Assembly (NCBI GenBank): GCA_965230945.1
Contig: OZ246397.1
Coordinates: 374,284-438,283, forward strand
Length of the DNA stretch: 64,000 nucleotides
DNA from: an uncultured Gammaproteobacteria bacterium
GTDB lineage: Bacteria; Patescibacteriota; Microgenomatia; PFEM01; JAPLYW01
Reading direction: 5' to 3'
Shown: piece by piece, positions 28,350 to 36,737 of the stretch
Layout of the letters: each line of letters begins with the position of its first letter
Position numbering within the stretch: position 1 is the stretch's first letter
Translations under genes and position numbers: made by a program
Notes under the pieces: model-generated
Seen by the model: the letters and a program-made list of their open reading frames with translations, nothing else
What the model was told of the DNA's origin: nothing
Database searches by the model: none

Positions 28350-29477
28350 ATGCCAGTGAAAAAAACAGTCAAACCAAAGAAAAACAAAAAGGAAATTAAA
28401 AGAGAGCAACAGATTAAGGATCTTATTGCCAAAGGCAGAAGAAAAGGTTTTGTTACTCAAGAGGAAATTTTAAAGATCTTTTCTGATGCCGAGTTGCATA
28501 TTGAAGAACTAGATGATCTTTATGTCAAGCTTTTAGATAGCAAGATTGATGTTTTTGAAACCGTTACCGAAGAAGAAATTGCCGAGGATGAGAAAGCAAC
28601 AACGGAACTTTCCAAAGAATTAGAGGTCTTATCTACTTTAGAGGATAGATCCTTAACTGATCCAGTCAGAATGTATCTTAAAGAAATTGGCAGAATTTCC
28701 TTATTGACAGCCGAGGAAGAAGTTGACTTAGCTCAAAGGGTAGAGAAGAGCGAGAAAAAAGCTAGATCTAAATTAATCCAATCCAATTTGAGATTGGTGG
28801 TTTCTATTGCCAAGAGGTATTTAGGCAGAAGAATGAGTTTCTTAGATTTAATTCAGGAAGGCAACCAGGGACTTATGCGAGCGGTGGAAAAATTTGACTG
28901 GAGAAGGGGTTATAAGTTCTCCACCTATGCTACTTGGTGGATCAGACAGGCAATAACCAGAGCCATTGCTGACCAGGCCAGAACCATTAGAATTCCTGTT
29001 CATATGGTGGAGACCATTAATAAGCTAAGCCAGACGGCCAGACGGATGACTCAAGAATTAGGTCGGGAGGTAACCAATGAAGAGCTAGCCAAAAAAATGG
29101 AGTTAACTCCACAAAGAGTTCAAGAGATTTTTAAGATTGCCCAAGAAACAACTTCTTTAGAGAAACCAGTAGGCAATGAAGAAGATTCTTTTTTAGGGGA
29201 TTTCATTCAAGATACTTCTCAGCCATCACCATATGATAGCGCTTCTAAACAGTTCTTAAAGGAAAACATTGAAGAAGTTTTCCAAACCCTATCTGAAAGA
29301 GAAGCCAAAGTTTTAAAGATGAGGTTTGGTTTAGCCGGGTATCGATCGATGACTTTGGAAGAAGTCGGTAGGGAGTTTGGAGTTACCAGGGAAAGAATAA
29401 GGCAGATTGAAGCTAAAGCTCTACGCAGACTTAAACATCCTTCAAGAAGAAAGAAACTTCAAGATTATTTGGAATAA
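28350..29477 (+). CDS. rpoD: RNA polymerase primary sigma factor
   Basis: [62 protein letters not shown]. Confidence 0.97.
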   Translation: MPVKKTVKPKKNKKEIKREQQIKDLIAKGRRKGFVTQEEILKIFSDAELHIEELDDLYVKLLDSKIDVFETVTEEEIAEDEKATTELSKELEVLSTLEDRSLTDPVRMYLKEIGRISLLTAEEEVDLAQRVEKSEKKARSKLIQSNLRLVVSIAKRYLGRRMSFLDLIQEGNQGLMRAVEKFDWRRGYKFSTYATWWIRQAITRAIADQARTIRIPVHMVETINKLSQTARRMTQELGREVTNEELAKKMELTPQRVQEIFKIAQETTSLEKPVGNEEDSFLGDFIQDTSQPSPYDSASKQFLKENIEEVFQTLSEREAKVLKMRFGLAGYRSMTLEEVGREFGVTRERIRQIEAKALRRLKHPSRRKKLQDYLE

Positions 29478-29507
29478 AAGCCAAAGTTTGCTAAAATAAA
29501 GATATAT

Positions 29508-29769
29508 TCCGGCGTAGCTCAACGGTAGAGCGGATCCCTGTCAAAAGGCAGCCTTTTCCAGTAATGGGAAAGTGAAAATCGGGCTAATTCGGGGAACCCC
29601 TTTAACATTAAAGGGCAATCCCGAGCTAAATCATAATTTAAAATTATGTAAATGTGTAGAGACTATATACCCGGCTTCCTAAATTAGGAAGAAGAGATAG
29701 TCCAGACCTTTTGGTAACAAGAGGATTTCTGTAAGGATAAGGTTGTAGGTTCGAATCCTACCGCCGGAG
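29508..29769 (+). tRNA. tRNA-Asn(GTT) interrupted by a group I intron (exons 29508-29541 and 29732-29769)
   Basis: TCCGGCG/CGCCGGA acceptor; joined exons give loop CT-GTT-AA; GTAGG-TTCGAAT-CCTAC T arm. Confidence 0.9.
29542..29731 (+). ncRNA. Group I intron (190 nt, no ORF) inserted between anticodon positions 35/36
   Basis: Exon ends in U pairing with IGS GCAG (U.G); P AATTCGGGGAA, Q AATCCCGAGC, R GTAGAGACTA, S AAGAGATAGTCC; terminal G. Confidence 0.9.
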
Positions 29770-29777
29770 CTAGCTTC

Positions 29778-29804
29778 AGAAAATCGCCAAAAAGGCGGTT
29801 TTTT
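29778..29804 (+). terminator. Terminator after tRNA-Asn (start of cassette 1)
   Basis: AAAATCGCC-AAAAA-GGCGGTTTTTT. Confidence 0.75.
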
Positions 29805-29819
29805 GTTAGAATAAAACAT

Positions 29820-30143
29820 ATGGTTACTTTTGATGATTTTAAAAAACTTGATATAAGAATTGGTGAGGTTATTTCGGTTGAAAAAATTCCTAACACCGAT
29901 AAACTATTAAAATTTATTTTTGATATTGGTGATGAAAAGAGACAAATAATAGCAGGAATGGCTGATTTTTTCTCTGATATTTCTTCTTTAATTGGCAAGG
30001 AAATGCCTTTATTAGTTAACATTGAGCCTATGGAATTTAAGGGTCATAAAAGTGAGGGAATGATTATTGCAGCAGATGTTGATGGTAAACCTATTTTACT
30101 TCATCCTGAGAAAGAAATTCCTGCAGGTAGCATGGTTAAATAA
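29820..30143 (+). CDS. tRNA-binding OB-fold protein (CsaA/MetG C-terminal/Trbp111 family)
   Basis: TFDDFKKLDIRIGEV, DKLLK, RQIIAG, SEGMI motifs. Confidence 0.9.
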   Translation: MVTFDDFKKLDIRIGEVISVEKIPNTDKLLKFIFDIGDEKRQIIAGMADFFSDISSLIGKEMPLLVNIEPMEFKGHKSEGMIIAADVDGKPILLHPEKEIPAGSMVK

Positions 30144-30149
30144 TAGCTA

Positions 30150-30184
30150 AACTAGTCCGAACATTGTCCACGAGGGGGAGCTAG
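30150..30184 (+). repeat. Junction J1 (type-1 arm + GGAG core)
   Basis: AACTAGTCCGAACATTGTCCACGAGGGGGAGCTAG. Confidence 0.92.
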
Positions 30185-30196
30185 CATCCTATAAGA

Positions 30197-30225
30197 TTGA
30201 CTTTTAGCTTCGTTAGTAGTATATT
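30197..30225 (+). promoter_or_regulatory. Sigma70-type promoter inside cassette 2
   Basis: TTGACT-17 nt-TATATT. Confidence 0.55.
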
Positions 30226-30331
30226 CTCTTCACTAGTAAACTCTGGTTTTCTTTAGCGAAAATTCAAGTAATTTACTTTTAACATAAATTTTTTAGCACA
30301 TTGGTATCAAAATATTTAAGAGAGGGAAGAA

Positions 30332-30592
30332 ATGGAACCACTTGAAAAACATTATTCACGATTATGTGTCAAGCTTTGTTTGTCAGTTGGGATTGTAATG
30401 ATACTTATCTCACTTGTGTTGATGGCAATATCTGTTGTCGATTTAGGTTTTTACGATTTAGGTTTCCCCCCCTTTCCCATTGACTTTTTAGTTGTTTCCT
30501 ACCTTAAGCTTTTCTTTTTAGTTGTAATTTTAGTTTTAGGGGCAACACTTTGTATTATTGGGGGATATGCTAAAGCAATAAGAGAAGATTAG
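30332..30592 (+). CDS. Small two-TM hypothetical protein
   Basis: 86 aa, two hydrophobic helices, purine-rich GAGAGGG upstream. Confidence 0.65.
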   Translation: MEPLEKHYSRLCVKLCLSVGIVMILISLVLMAISVVDLGFYDLGFPPFPIDFLVVSYLKLFFLVVILVLGATLCIIGGYAKAIRED

Positions 30593-30747
30593 TATCAAGT
30601 TGCTTAGATTAAAGCAAACTAAATGATTAGATAAATCTTTAGAAATAGGATGTCTTGTGAGACTTAATTTTAGATTGTGGTAATAAAATACTACTTTTTA
30701 AATTTAAGCCTCCGGGACATCCTATTATTTTGCCTAAATTTATGCCC

Positions 30748-30813
30748 AACTAGTCCGAGCATCATCCACGATGGGGAGCTAGTTTCAGAAAGCCTATAAA
30801 ATAGGGATCTTTT
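30748..30813 (+). repeat. Junction J2 (type-1 arm + core + trailer)
   Basis: AACTAGTCCGAGCATCATCCACGATGGGGAGCTAGTTTCAGAAAGCCTATAAAATAGGGATCTTTT. Confidence 0.92.
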
Positions 30814-30834
30814 AGACTGTGTTAAAATAGATTT

Positions 30835-31239
30835 ATGAATACATACAATTGGTATTCACAATTAATTAAACCGAGTTGGGCACCGGCAAGTTGGCTTTTC
30901 GGGCCGGTATGGACGGTACTTTATGTGATTATTACTATCACTTATGGCACAGTTTTTTATAAAGCGTTTACAAAACAGATTCCTTGGATTATGACTTTGC
31001 CTTTTTTACTCAATCTATTCTTTAATTTTATTTTCACTCCAATTCAATTCGGGCTCAAAAACAATCTACTTGCGTCTCTTGATATTCTTCTCGTTATTGG
31101 TACTCTTATTTGGGCATTTTACGTTATTTGGAATAACGTGCCCGAATTACGCTGGGTCGTCTATGCTAATATTCCTTATCTCTTGTGGGGAGCATTTGCC
31201 ACTTGTCTTCAAATTACAATCACATATTTGAATAAATAA
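30835..31239 (+). CDS. TspO/MBR tryptophan-rich sensory protein
   Basis: WYSQLIKPSWAPASWLFGPVWTVLY; PYLLW. Confidence 0.9.
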   Translation: MNTYNWYSQLIKPSWAPASWLFGPVWTVLYVIITITYGTVFYKAFTKQIPWIMTLPFLLNLFFNFIFTPIQFGLKNNLLASLDILLVIGTLIWAFYVIWNNVPELRWVVYANIPYLLWGAFATCLQITITYLNK

Positions 31240-31242
31240 TTT

Positions 31243-31698
31243 ATGCGATTATGGAGTCTGCACCCCAAGTATCTTGACGCACTAGGCTTAGTAGCCGTTT
31301 GGCGAGAAGGTTTGTTAGCAAAAAAGGCTTTACAAAGTAGAACAAAAGGCTACACTAAACACCCACAACTTATCCGATTCAAAAATCATCATTCTCCCTT
31401 AAAAGCTATTGATTGTTATCTATCTCATATATTCTTTGAGTCTGAAAAAAGAGGCTATAAATTTGATAAAAGAAATATTAGTAAAGTATCTAAAAATATC
31501 AAGAAGATAGAAGTAACTTTAGGCCAAGTAGATTATGAATTTAATCATTTAAAAAACAAGCTGAGAAAAAGAAAATATAGTTTATACAAGAAAATAACTA
31601 AGAATGAAGAGATTAAAGTCCATCCATTATTTGTAACCGTTATTGGTGGCATTGAATCCTGGGAGAAGCAAAAATATACTATTTTTGCTAGTAAATAA
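31243..31698 (+). CDS. Pyrimidine-dimer DNA glycosylase / T4 endonuclease V-like protein
   Basis: MRLWSLHPKYLD..GLVAVWREGLLA..GYTKHPQLIRF. Confidence 0.85.
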   Translation: MRLWSLHPKYLDALGLVAVWREGLLAKKALQSRTKGYTKHPQLIRFKNHHSPLKAIDCYLSHIFFESEKRGYKFDKRNISKVSKNIKKIEVTLGQVDYEFNHLKNKLRKRKYSLYKKITKNEEIKVHPLFVTVIGGIESWEKQKYTIFASK

Positions 31699-31718
31699 GG
31701 TACTAATTATTTTCTAAA

Positions 31719-31910
31719 TTATTTTCTGCTCCAAGTTGTAAAAGCTAGATAAATAGCTGACAAACCAACTAAAACATAAACGATTCTAGATAAAAAAGAC
31801 ATTACCCCAAAAATAGCTGCCACCAGATCAAAATTGAAAAAACCAACCAATCCCCAGTTTAGTCCACCGACAATAACTAAAATCATAGCAATAGTAGATA
31901 TTACTTTCAT
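31719..31910 (-). CDS. DUF378 small membrane protein
   Basis: LVIVGGLNWGLVG..FDLVAAIFG..RIVYVLVGLSA; strong SD. Confidence 0.9.
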   Translation of the reverse strand: MKVISTIAMILVIVGGLNWGLVGFFNFDLVAAIFGVMSFLSRIVYVLVGLSAIYLAFTTWSRK

Positions 31911-31980
31911 TTTTTCTCACCCCCTTTCTCTAAAATTACCTCTGATTTAATCTTATCACAAAGTAGCTAATTTTAAATTT

Positions 31981-32040
31981 TTTCTAACATTGTCCGATAG
32001 GGGAGCTAGCTTCAGAAAGCCCATAAAATTGGGCTTTTTT
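31981..32040 (+). repeat. Junction J3 (diverged type-1 arm + core + terminator)
   Basis: CTAACATTGTCCGATAGGGGAGCTAGCTTCAGAAAGCCCATAAAATTGGGCTTTTTT. Confidence 0.88.
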
Positions 32041-32059
32041 ATTGTGATAGAATAATAAC

Positions 32060-32620
32060 ATGTTAAAAGTAGGAATAATTGGACCAACAAACATGCCGAA
32101 ATTGAGTAAGTTGATGAAAAAGCCAATTGACTTTCTTTTAAATAAGGCACAACTTGTAGGAAAAACTTTAGCTGAAACAAACTATGAATGTTGGATTAAC
32201 AGCGATAAGGGTATGTTAGTTGCTATTGGAAAGGCATATAAGAAATTTGGTGGTAAAAAACTTGTTATTTTATACCCCGGGAAAGGTGAACCTTGGCCAA
32301 AAGAACACACCAAACCTTATATTAAGTATGCCGATGAACTGAGGAAGGAAAGAAATTGGTTTTGGTCTAACTACAATGTAACCGCCCTGCCTGATGTATG
32401 TATTTGCGTGGGTCTTGGGGCTGGTGTTTTAAGTGAATTAGCTTATATTAAATGGAATTACACACTAAAATGCGGCAACCTTAAGAAGCTAATTGTGGTT
32501 AAGGAATTATTGAGTGGTGGCAAGTTTCCATTAGAAATAGAGGCTGATATAAAAAATATTATTCAATATGTTGAAAAAGTAGAAGATTTGAAGAAAGTTT
32601 TAGAAGAATTTAAAAACTAA
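32060..32620 (+). CDS. Hypothetical Rossmann-like (SLOG-like) protein
   Basis: KVGIIGP N-terminus and VGLGAGVLSEL resemble SLOG/LOG motifs. Confidence 0.55.
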   Translation: MLKVGIIGPTNMPKLSKLMKKPIDFLLNKAQLVGKTLAETNYECWINSDKGMLVAIGKAYKKFGGKKLVILYPGKGEPWPKEHTKPYIKYADELRKERNWFWSNYNVTALPDVCICVGLGAGVLSELAYIKWNYTLKCGNLKKLIVVKELLSGGKFPLEIEADIKNIIQYVEKVEDLKKVLEEFKN

Positions 32621-32629
32621 TTTGTGCCC

Positions 32630-32674
32630 AACTAGTCCGAACATCGTCCACGATGGGGAGCTAGTTCCAGAAAA
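32630..32674 (+). repeat. Junction J4 (type-1 arm + core)
   Basis: AACTAGTCCGAACATCGTCCACGATGGGGAGCTAGTTCCAGAAAA. Confidence 0.93.
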
Positions 32675-32697
32675 CCTCTTTTTGTTATAATTACTCC

Positions 32698-33240
32698 ATG
32701 ATAACTATTATTTTTGAATCTCATGGAACAACTTATGATAGCGAAAAGAGCGTATCTTCAGGCCATGCCGATGCGAAATTATCCTCATTAGGGAAGAAAC
32801 AAGCGAAGGAACTAGGAAAAAGATATGAAGATAAAAATTTAGACGCTGTGTTTTGTTCAGATTTATCACGCTCCTATAAAACAGGCAAAATTGCTTTTAG
32901 AGAAAGGAATGTTCCCATAGTTAAGGATAAAAGACTCCGTGAATGTGATTATGGGGACTTAACTCAACACTCATCAAAAGAAGTAGAGCCTTTTAAAATA
33001 AAACACATAAAGACTCCTTTTCCAAATGGAGAAAGTTATGAACAAGCCGCTGAGAGGATGAGGAGTTTCTTGCAAGATTTACTTAAGGATTATGATGGTA
33101 AGACGGTCATGATTATTGGCCATCGGGCTACACAATATGGATTGGAACATTGGATAAAAGGCTTACCACTTAAAGATATTATTGTGATTCCTTTTAAGTG
33201 GCAACCTGGCTGGACTTACTGTCTAGAAAAGCTAAACTAG
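32698..33240 (+). CDS. Histidine phosphatase (phosphoglycerate mutase) family protein
   Basis: ESHG (RHG variant), SDLSRS, LRECDYGD, GESY, IIGH; stop codon lies inside junction J5. Confidence 0.88.
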   Translation: MITIIFESHGTTYDSEKSVSSGHADAKLSSLGKKQAKELGKRYEDKNLDAVFCSDLSRSYKTGKIAFRERNVPIVKDKRLRECDYGDLTQHSSKEVEPFKIKHIKTPFPNGESYEQAAERMRSFLQDLLKDYDGKTVMIIGHRATQYGLEHWIKGLPLKDIIVIPFKWQPGWTYCLEKLN

Positions 33241-33265
33241 TCCGAACATCGTCCACGAAGGGTAC
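33235..33265 (+). repeat. Junction J5 (type-1 arm with GGGTAC core)
   Basis: AACTAGTCCGAACATCGTCCACGAAGGGTAC. Confidence 0.9.
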
Positions 33266-33368
33266 CCCATCGAGGCCCTGCGTTACCAATAGACGAGGCG
33301 ACATCGGCTTCAGGACGCCAAAATGAGATGTTTAAGAATAAAGACAATTATGATAGAAGACGAGAAAA

Positions 33369-33983
33369 ATGGATAGACACATATTTCTAAAATGGCTTAA
33401 AATCAACGGTTTATGTTTTATAGGTGCCTTTATTGTAGTATTCCTTTTGGTCCAATTATTTCCCAATGTCATGCTCGGATTGTTAGGAAGATGGGCTTCT
33501 TTAATCGAGCTGGCAGGAGCTAAGAAGATGGCAGAACTTCCTTCCGATTTCGATGTATTCATTCACATACTCTCCAGAAATAGCGTCTCGATCTTCATTG
33601 TTTTTGTCATGGGACTACTCTTGCAGGCACCCATTTTGATGGTAGTGTTTGGTTCGTTCTATTCTCTTATAGCTTTTCTTGCCCCGCTAACGATAGGCAA
33701 AACCTTTGCCCTTGTCGATTGGATTCTAATTGCAACCGAAGCACTCTTCCTTACTATAACTGTAACTTTTTCATCAACTCTTGCTACGGAAATATTTGGA
33801 GCAAAACCGGAGAGAAAACAGTTATTAGAGTATTGGAAGAAGAATTGGAAGAAGTTACTCCCCAAGCAGAAAAGAAATTGGAGGATTGCATTCAAAGAAT
33901 GCAAAAAAGAATTCATTTTGTTTATCATAATAGTTTTAGCACTGCTATTGTTTGGAGCGTGGTTTGAAGTTTGGGGTTATTAA
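33369..33983 (+). CDS. Membrane protein, SpoIIM-like
   Basis: Multiple TM helices; FIHILSRN and C-terminal LLLFGAWFEV. Confidence 0.6.
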   Translation: MDRHIFLKWLKINGLCFIGAFIVVFLLVQLFPNVMLGLLGRWASLIELAGAKKMAELPSDFDVFIHILSRNSVSIFIVFVMGLLLQAPILMVVFGSFYSLIAFLAPLTIGKTFALVDWILIATEALFLTITVTFSSTLATEIFGAKPERKQLLEYWKKNWKKLLPKQKRNWRIAFKECKKEFILFIIIVLALLLFGAWFEVWGY

Positions 33984-34077
33984 AGTGAAAGGGTATCCCC
34001 TCGCCGACTCTCCGCTAGCGCTCGCTCCGCCCAAACCACCCTTCGGGTTGGCTTCCCCTGCATCAGCAATAAGAAAT

Positions 34078-34253
34078 TTAACCTTGAGCTAAGGCTAAGC
34101 CAACCTGCAACCTCTTAATTTCCTCCCACCTAACTTTTATTAACTCCATTTGAACTGCATCCTCAAAAGCCCTTAAAATCTTGTTAATAGCGGTTATAAT
34201 AATCTTAGGACTAGGGAGTTAGCTTCAGAAAGCCCATTAAATTGGGCTTTTTT
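34078..34253 (+). repeat. Junction J6 (type-2 arm 34078-34218 + core + terminator)
   Basis: GGGAGTTAGCTTCAGAAAGCCCATTAAATTGGGCTTTTTT; the minus-strand frame from the core is open for 46 aa. Confidence 0.85.
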
Positions 34254-34272
34254 AATCTGGTAAAATAAAGAT

Positions 34273-34800
34273 ATGAAGATTGCTATTGGTTCTCAAAATC
34301 CAACTAAGATTAAGACTGTTGAGAAAGCTTTTGTTTGCTTTTGGCCTAAGAAGAAATTTAAGTTTATAGCTATTAAGACCAATTCTGGGGTAAAAGACCA
34401 ACCGATGTCTGATGAAGAATGTATTAAAGGGGCTGAAAATCGGGCTAAAGGTGCTCAAAGCCAAACCGATGCTGATTTTGGCGTTGGGCTGGAGGGGGGC
34501 ATAGTTGAAGTTAATAGAAAATATTTTACTAGAGCATGGATGGTTGTAATTGATAAGAAGGGAAAGATAGGCATTGGTTCTAGTATAAGTGCTCCTTTAC
34601 CGGATAAGTTTATGAAACTAATTCACAGTGGTTTAGAGCTGGGTGAGGTTGACGATATTATTACAGGAAGGAAGGATACTAAAAAGAAAAATGGTTATTT
34701 TGGTTTAGTTAGCGATAATTTGATTACTAGAGAAAAAGGATATTTTGATGGAATGATAATGGCTTTAGCTAAGTTCAAAAAAATTAAGCTTTTTCTCTAA
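34273..34800 (+). CDS. Inosine/xanthosine triphosphatase (YjjX family)
   Basis: GSQNPTKI, SGVKDQPMS, GAENRA, GVGLEGGI, ELGEVDD. Confidence 0.9.
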   Translation: MKIAIGSQNPTKIKTVEKAFVCFWPKKKFKFIAIKTNSGVKDQPMSDEECIKGAENRAKGAQSQTDADFGVGLEGGIVEVNRKYFTRAWMVVIDKKGKIGIGSSISAPLPDKFMKLIHSGLELGEVDDIITGRKDTKKKNGYFGLVSDNLITREKGYFDGMIMALAKFKKIKLFL

Positions 34801-34801
34801 G

Positions 34802-34832
34802 ACTAGTCCGAACATCGTCCACGATGGGGAGC
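34802..34832 (+). repeat. Junction J7 (type-1 arm + core)
   Basis: ACTAGTCCGAACATCGTCCACGATGGGGAGC, 1 nt after the upstream stop codon. Confidence 0.93.
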
Positions 34833-34913
34833 AAATTCCCAGACGTCTGGATTTTTAACTTCAAAATATTATTCCAGGGAAGGAGAATAGGATCTTAATC
34901 GCAATTGTAGAAT

Positions 34914-35408
34914 TTATTTTCGTTTTACCTGAGCGGGTTTAATAAATTTTATATATCCTAAGAAAAAGGAAACGACTAATCCTATGGAAACGACAATAAA
35001 TCTGAAGATATTATCATCACTTCCAAAACCCCTGATAATACTATAGATTAAAGTTAAAACACCTCCCAAAAGTAAACCATCCGCGATAATTAAAATCTTT
35101 TTGAATAAAGTTAAGCTGATAGCCAAGATTAAAATGGCTGCTATTAGAGACACAATAGAAATCTCTCTATTATACTTTTTAACTTGTGTTTGATAGACCT
35201 TTAGGTTTTTATCAAATTCTTCTTGCTCTTGTCGAATTTGACGCAAAGTTGCTTCGTCTGTTATTCTTTCGCAAATAGATTCTTCATGTTCAATTGAAAA
35301 AGGAACTTCTGGCCTCTCAGGGCCAGGATGAAAAGCAGCAATACCAACGCCAACAAAAGCAGCTAAAAGGACACCTGTGAACATAATATAGACAAATCTA
35401 AGAGCCAT
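34914..35408 (-). CDS. Four-TM hypothetical membrane protein
   Basis: GVLLAAFVGVGIAAF, IADGLLLGGVLTLIYSIIRGF. Confidence 0.75.
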   Translation of the reverse strand: MALRFVYIMFTGVLLAAFVGVGIAAFHPGPERPEVPFSIEHEESICERITDEATLRQIRQEQEEFDKNLKVYQTQVKKYNREISIVSLIAAILILAISLTLFKKILIIADGLLLGGVLTLIYSIIRGFGSDDNIFRFIVVSIGLVVSFFLGYIKFIKPAQVKRK

Positions 35409-35480
35409 CTTAAGAAAACTTTAGCAAAATTTTATTCTAAACGCAAATTAACTATGTCCAAGACGAACTAGGGTTTTTTG

Positions 35481-35532
35481 TTGCCTAAATTTGTGCCCAA
35501 CTAGTCCGAACATCGTCCACGATGGGGAGCCA
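35481..35532 (+). repeat. Junction J8 (extended type-1 arm + GGAGCCA)
   Basis: TTGCCTAAATTTGTGCCCAACTAGTCCGAACATCGTCCACGATGGGGAGCCA; the 5' extension is shared with J2 and J4. Confidence 0.93.
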
Positions 35533-35651
35533 GACTGGATTGGCAGGTCGCAAATCGGGCGATTTTGCCAATATATCGGCATATTTGACAGGTTCGAGCG
35601 AGTCAGAATATTGTTCTTCAACAATAAATTATTTTGTGATAACATTAAAAT

Positions 35652-36016
35652 ATGGATATTTCAATTTTCTTTGCAAGACTTTGGGGTAGCTACTCAGTTA
35701 TTTTTGGATTGTTGTTCATAATAACTGGACAATTGGGTAAAACTATAGAGATGACCGATGATAAATCGTTTGTTATTTCTACTGGCTATATTACTTTGAT
35801 AATGGGTCTGGTTACGGCAATTTTACACAACGTTTGGGTCGCCGACTGGAGAGTTGCCATTACTATTTTAGGATGGTCTACTGTAATCAAGGGAATAATG
35901 AAAATTGGATTCCCTGAACAGATACACAAGCAGGCACAAAGATTCAAAAAAAACAAATGCTTAGCGCCGCTTTCATGATTCTTCTAGGTACATGGCTTTT
36001 TTGGGTGAGTTTTTAG
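35652..36016 (+). pseudogene. Membrane protein with probable frameshift in an A8 run
   Basis: ORF 35652-35978; one extra A at 35946-35953 would restore a terminal TM helix QMLSAAFMILLGTWLFWVSF* ending at 36016. Confidence 0.6.
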
Positions 36017-36027
36017 CTAACAATAAT

Positions 36028-36126
36028 TCTGGATGCAAATATATTTACTTTGTTCCTGAATGGCGGTTCGAACATTTTCCATTACCCTGAGCTGAACCTA
36101 GAAAGTTCTGTTTTAAGGGCTTTTTT
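36028..36126 (+). repeat. Junction J9 (strongly diverged type-1 arm + GAG core + terminator-like trailer)
   Basis: GGTTCGAACATTTTCCATTACCCTGAGCTGAACCTAGAAAG..GGGCTTTTTT; minus frame LRVMENVRTAIQEQSKYIC. Confidence 0.72.
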
Positions 36127-36149
36127 AGTCTGTGATAGAATGAAGTTAG

Positions 36150-36548
36150 ATGGGCAAAAAGGCAGTTGCAGCTATAGTTTACGATAAAAATTCTGGCCGA
36201 GTTTTAGTAGGCAGAAAAACATCTGATTCTAATGGTTCTCTTACTGGCCAATATCATTTACCTGGAGAAACAATAGAACCTGGTGAGTCGGATGAGGAAG
36301 CCCTAATAAGAGGCATGAAAGAGGAAGCAGGTATTGAGGTGAAGGTCTTGCGTTATTTAGCTTCGCACATAACTCCTAAGAAGACAAAAGTAAGATGGTA
36401 TGAATGCGAGCCGTTAAGTGATGATATATCTTTTGGCAGCGACTTAACCGAAGTTTTATGGGTTCCGAAAGAAAAAGTAATTCATATCTGTTCTTCCAAA
36501 TCTATCCTTCTATGGCCAAAAGAAATAAAAGAATACTTCTCTAAATAA
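36150..36548 (+). CDS. NUDIX hydrolase
   Basis: LPGETIEPGESDEEALIRGMKEEAGI. Confidence 0.85.
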   Translation: MGKKAVAAIVYDKNSGRVLVGRKTSDSNGSLTGQYHLPGETIEPGESDEEALIRGMKEEAGIEVKVLRYLASHITPKKTKVRWYECEPLSDDISFGSDLTEVLWVPKEKVIHICSSKSILLWPKEIKEYFSK

Positions 36549-36574
36549 TTCTAGAAATTATAGATTTAAAACAA

Positions 36575-36607
36575 AACTAGTCCGAACATCGTCCACGAGG
36601 GGGAGCC
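36575..36607 (+). repeat. Junction J10 (type-1 arm + GGAGCCA)
   Basis: AACTAGTCCGAACATCGTCCACGAGGGGGAGCCA. Confidence 0.93.
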
Positions 36608-36737
36608 AGTTGGAACTTAATATACCCAAGTTAGTCTTGAGACTTCTGATACATTTTTTATTCTAAACACTGAGGATTATAAATTTCTTTTGCTTGAGGT
36701 AAAATATAAGAAATCCACAAAAAAGGAGGTGAGTTTT

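Noticed and set aside
29684-30022. Minus-strand 112-aa ORF running into the tRNA as a possible integrase remnant
   Set aside because: Antisense to the well-supported tRNA-binding protein gene; no recombinase motif
35448-35721. ORFs 35448-35645 (-) and 35491-35721 (+) spanning junction J8
   Set aside because: They cross the junction in frames other than the conserved WLP frame, have no recognisable domain and overlap a better gene
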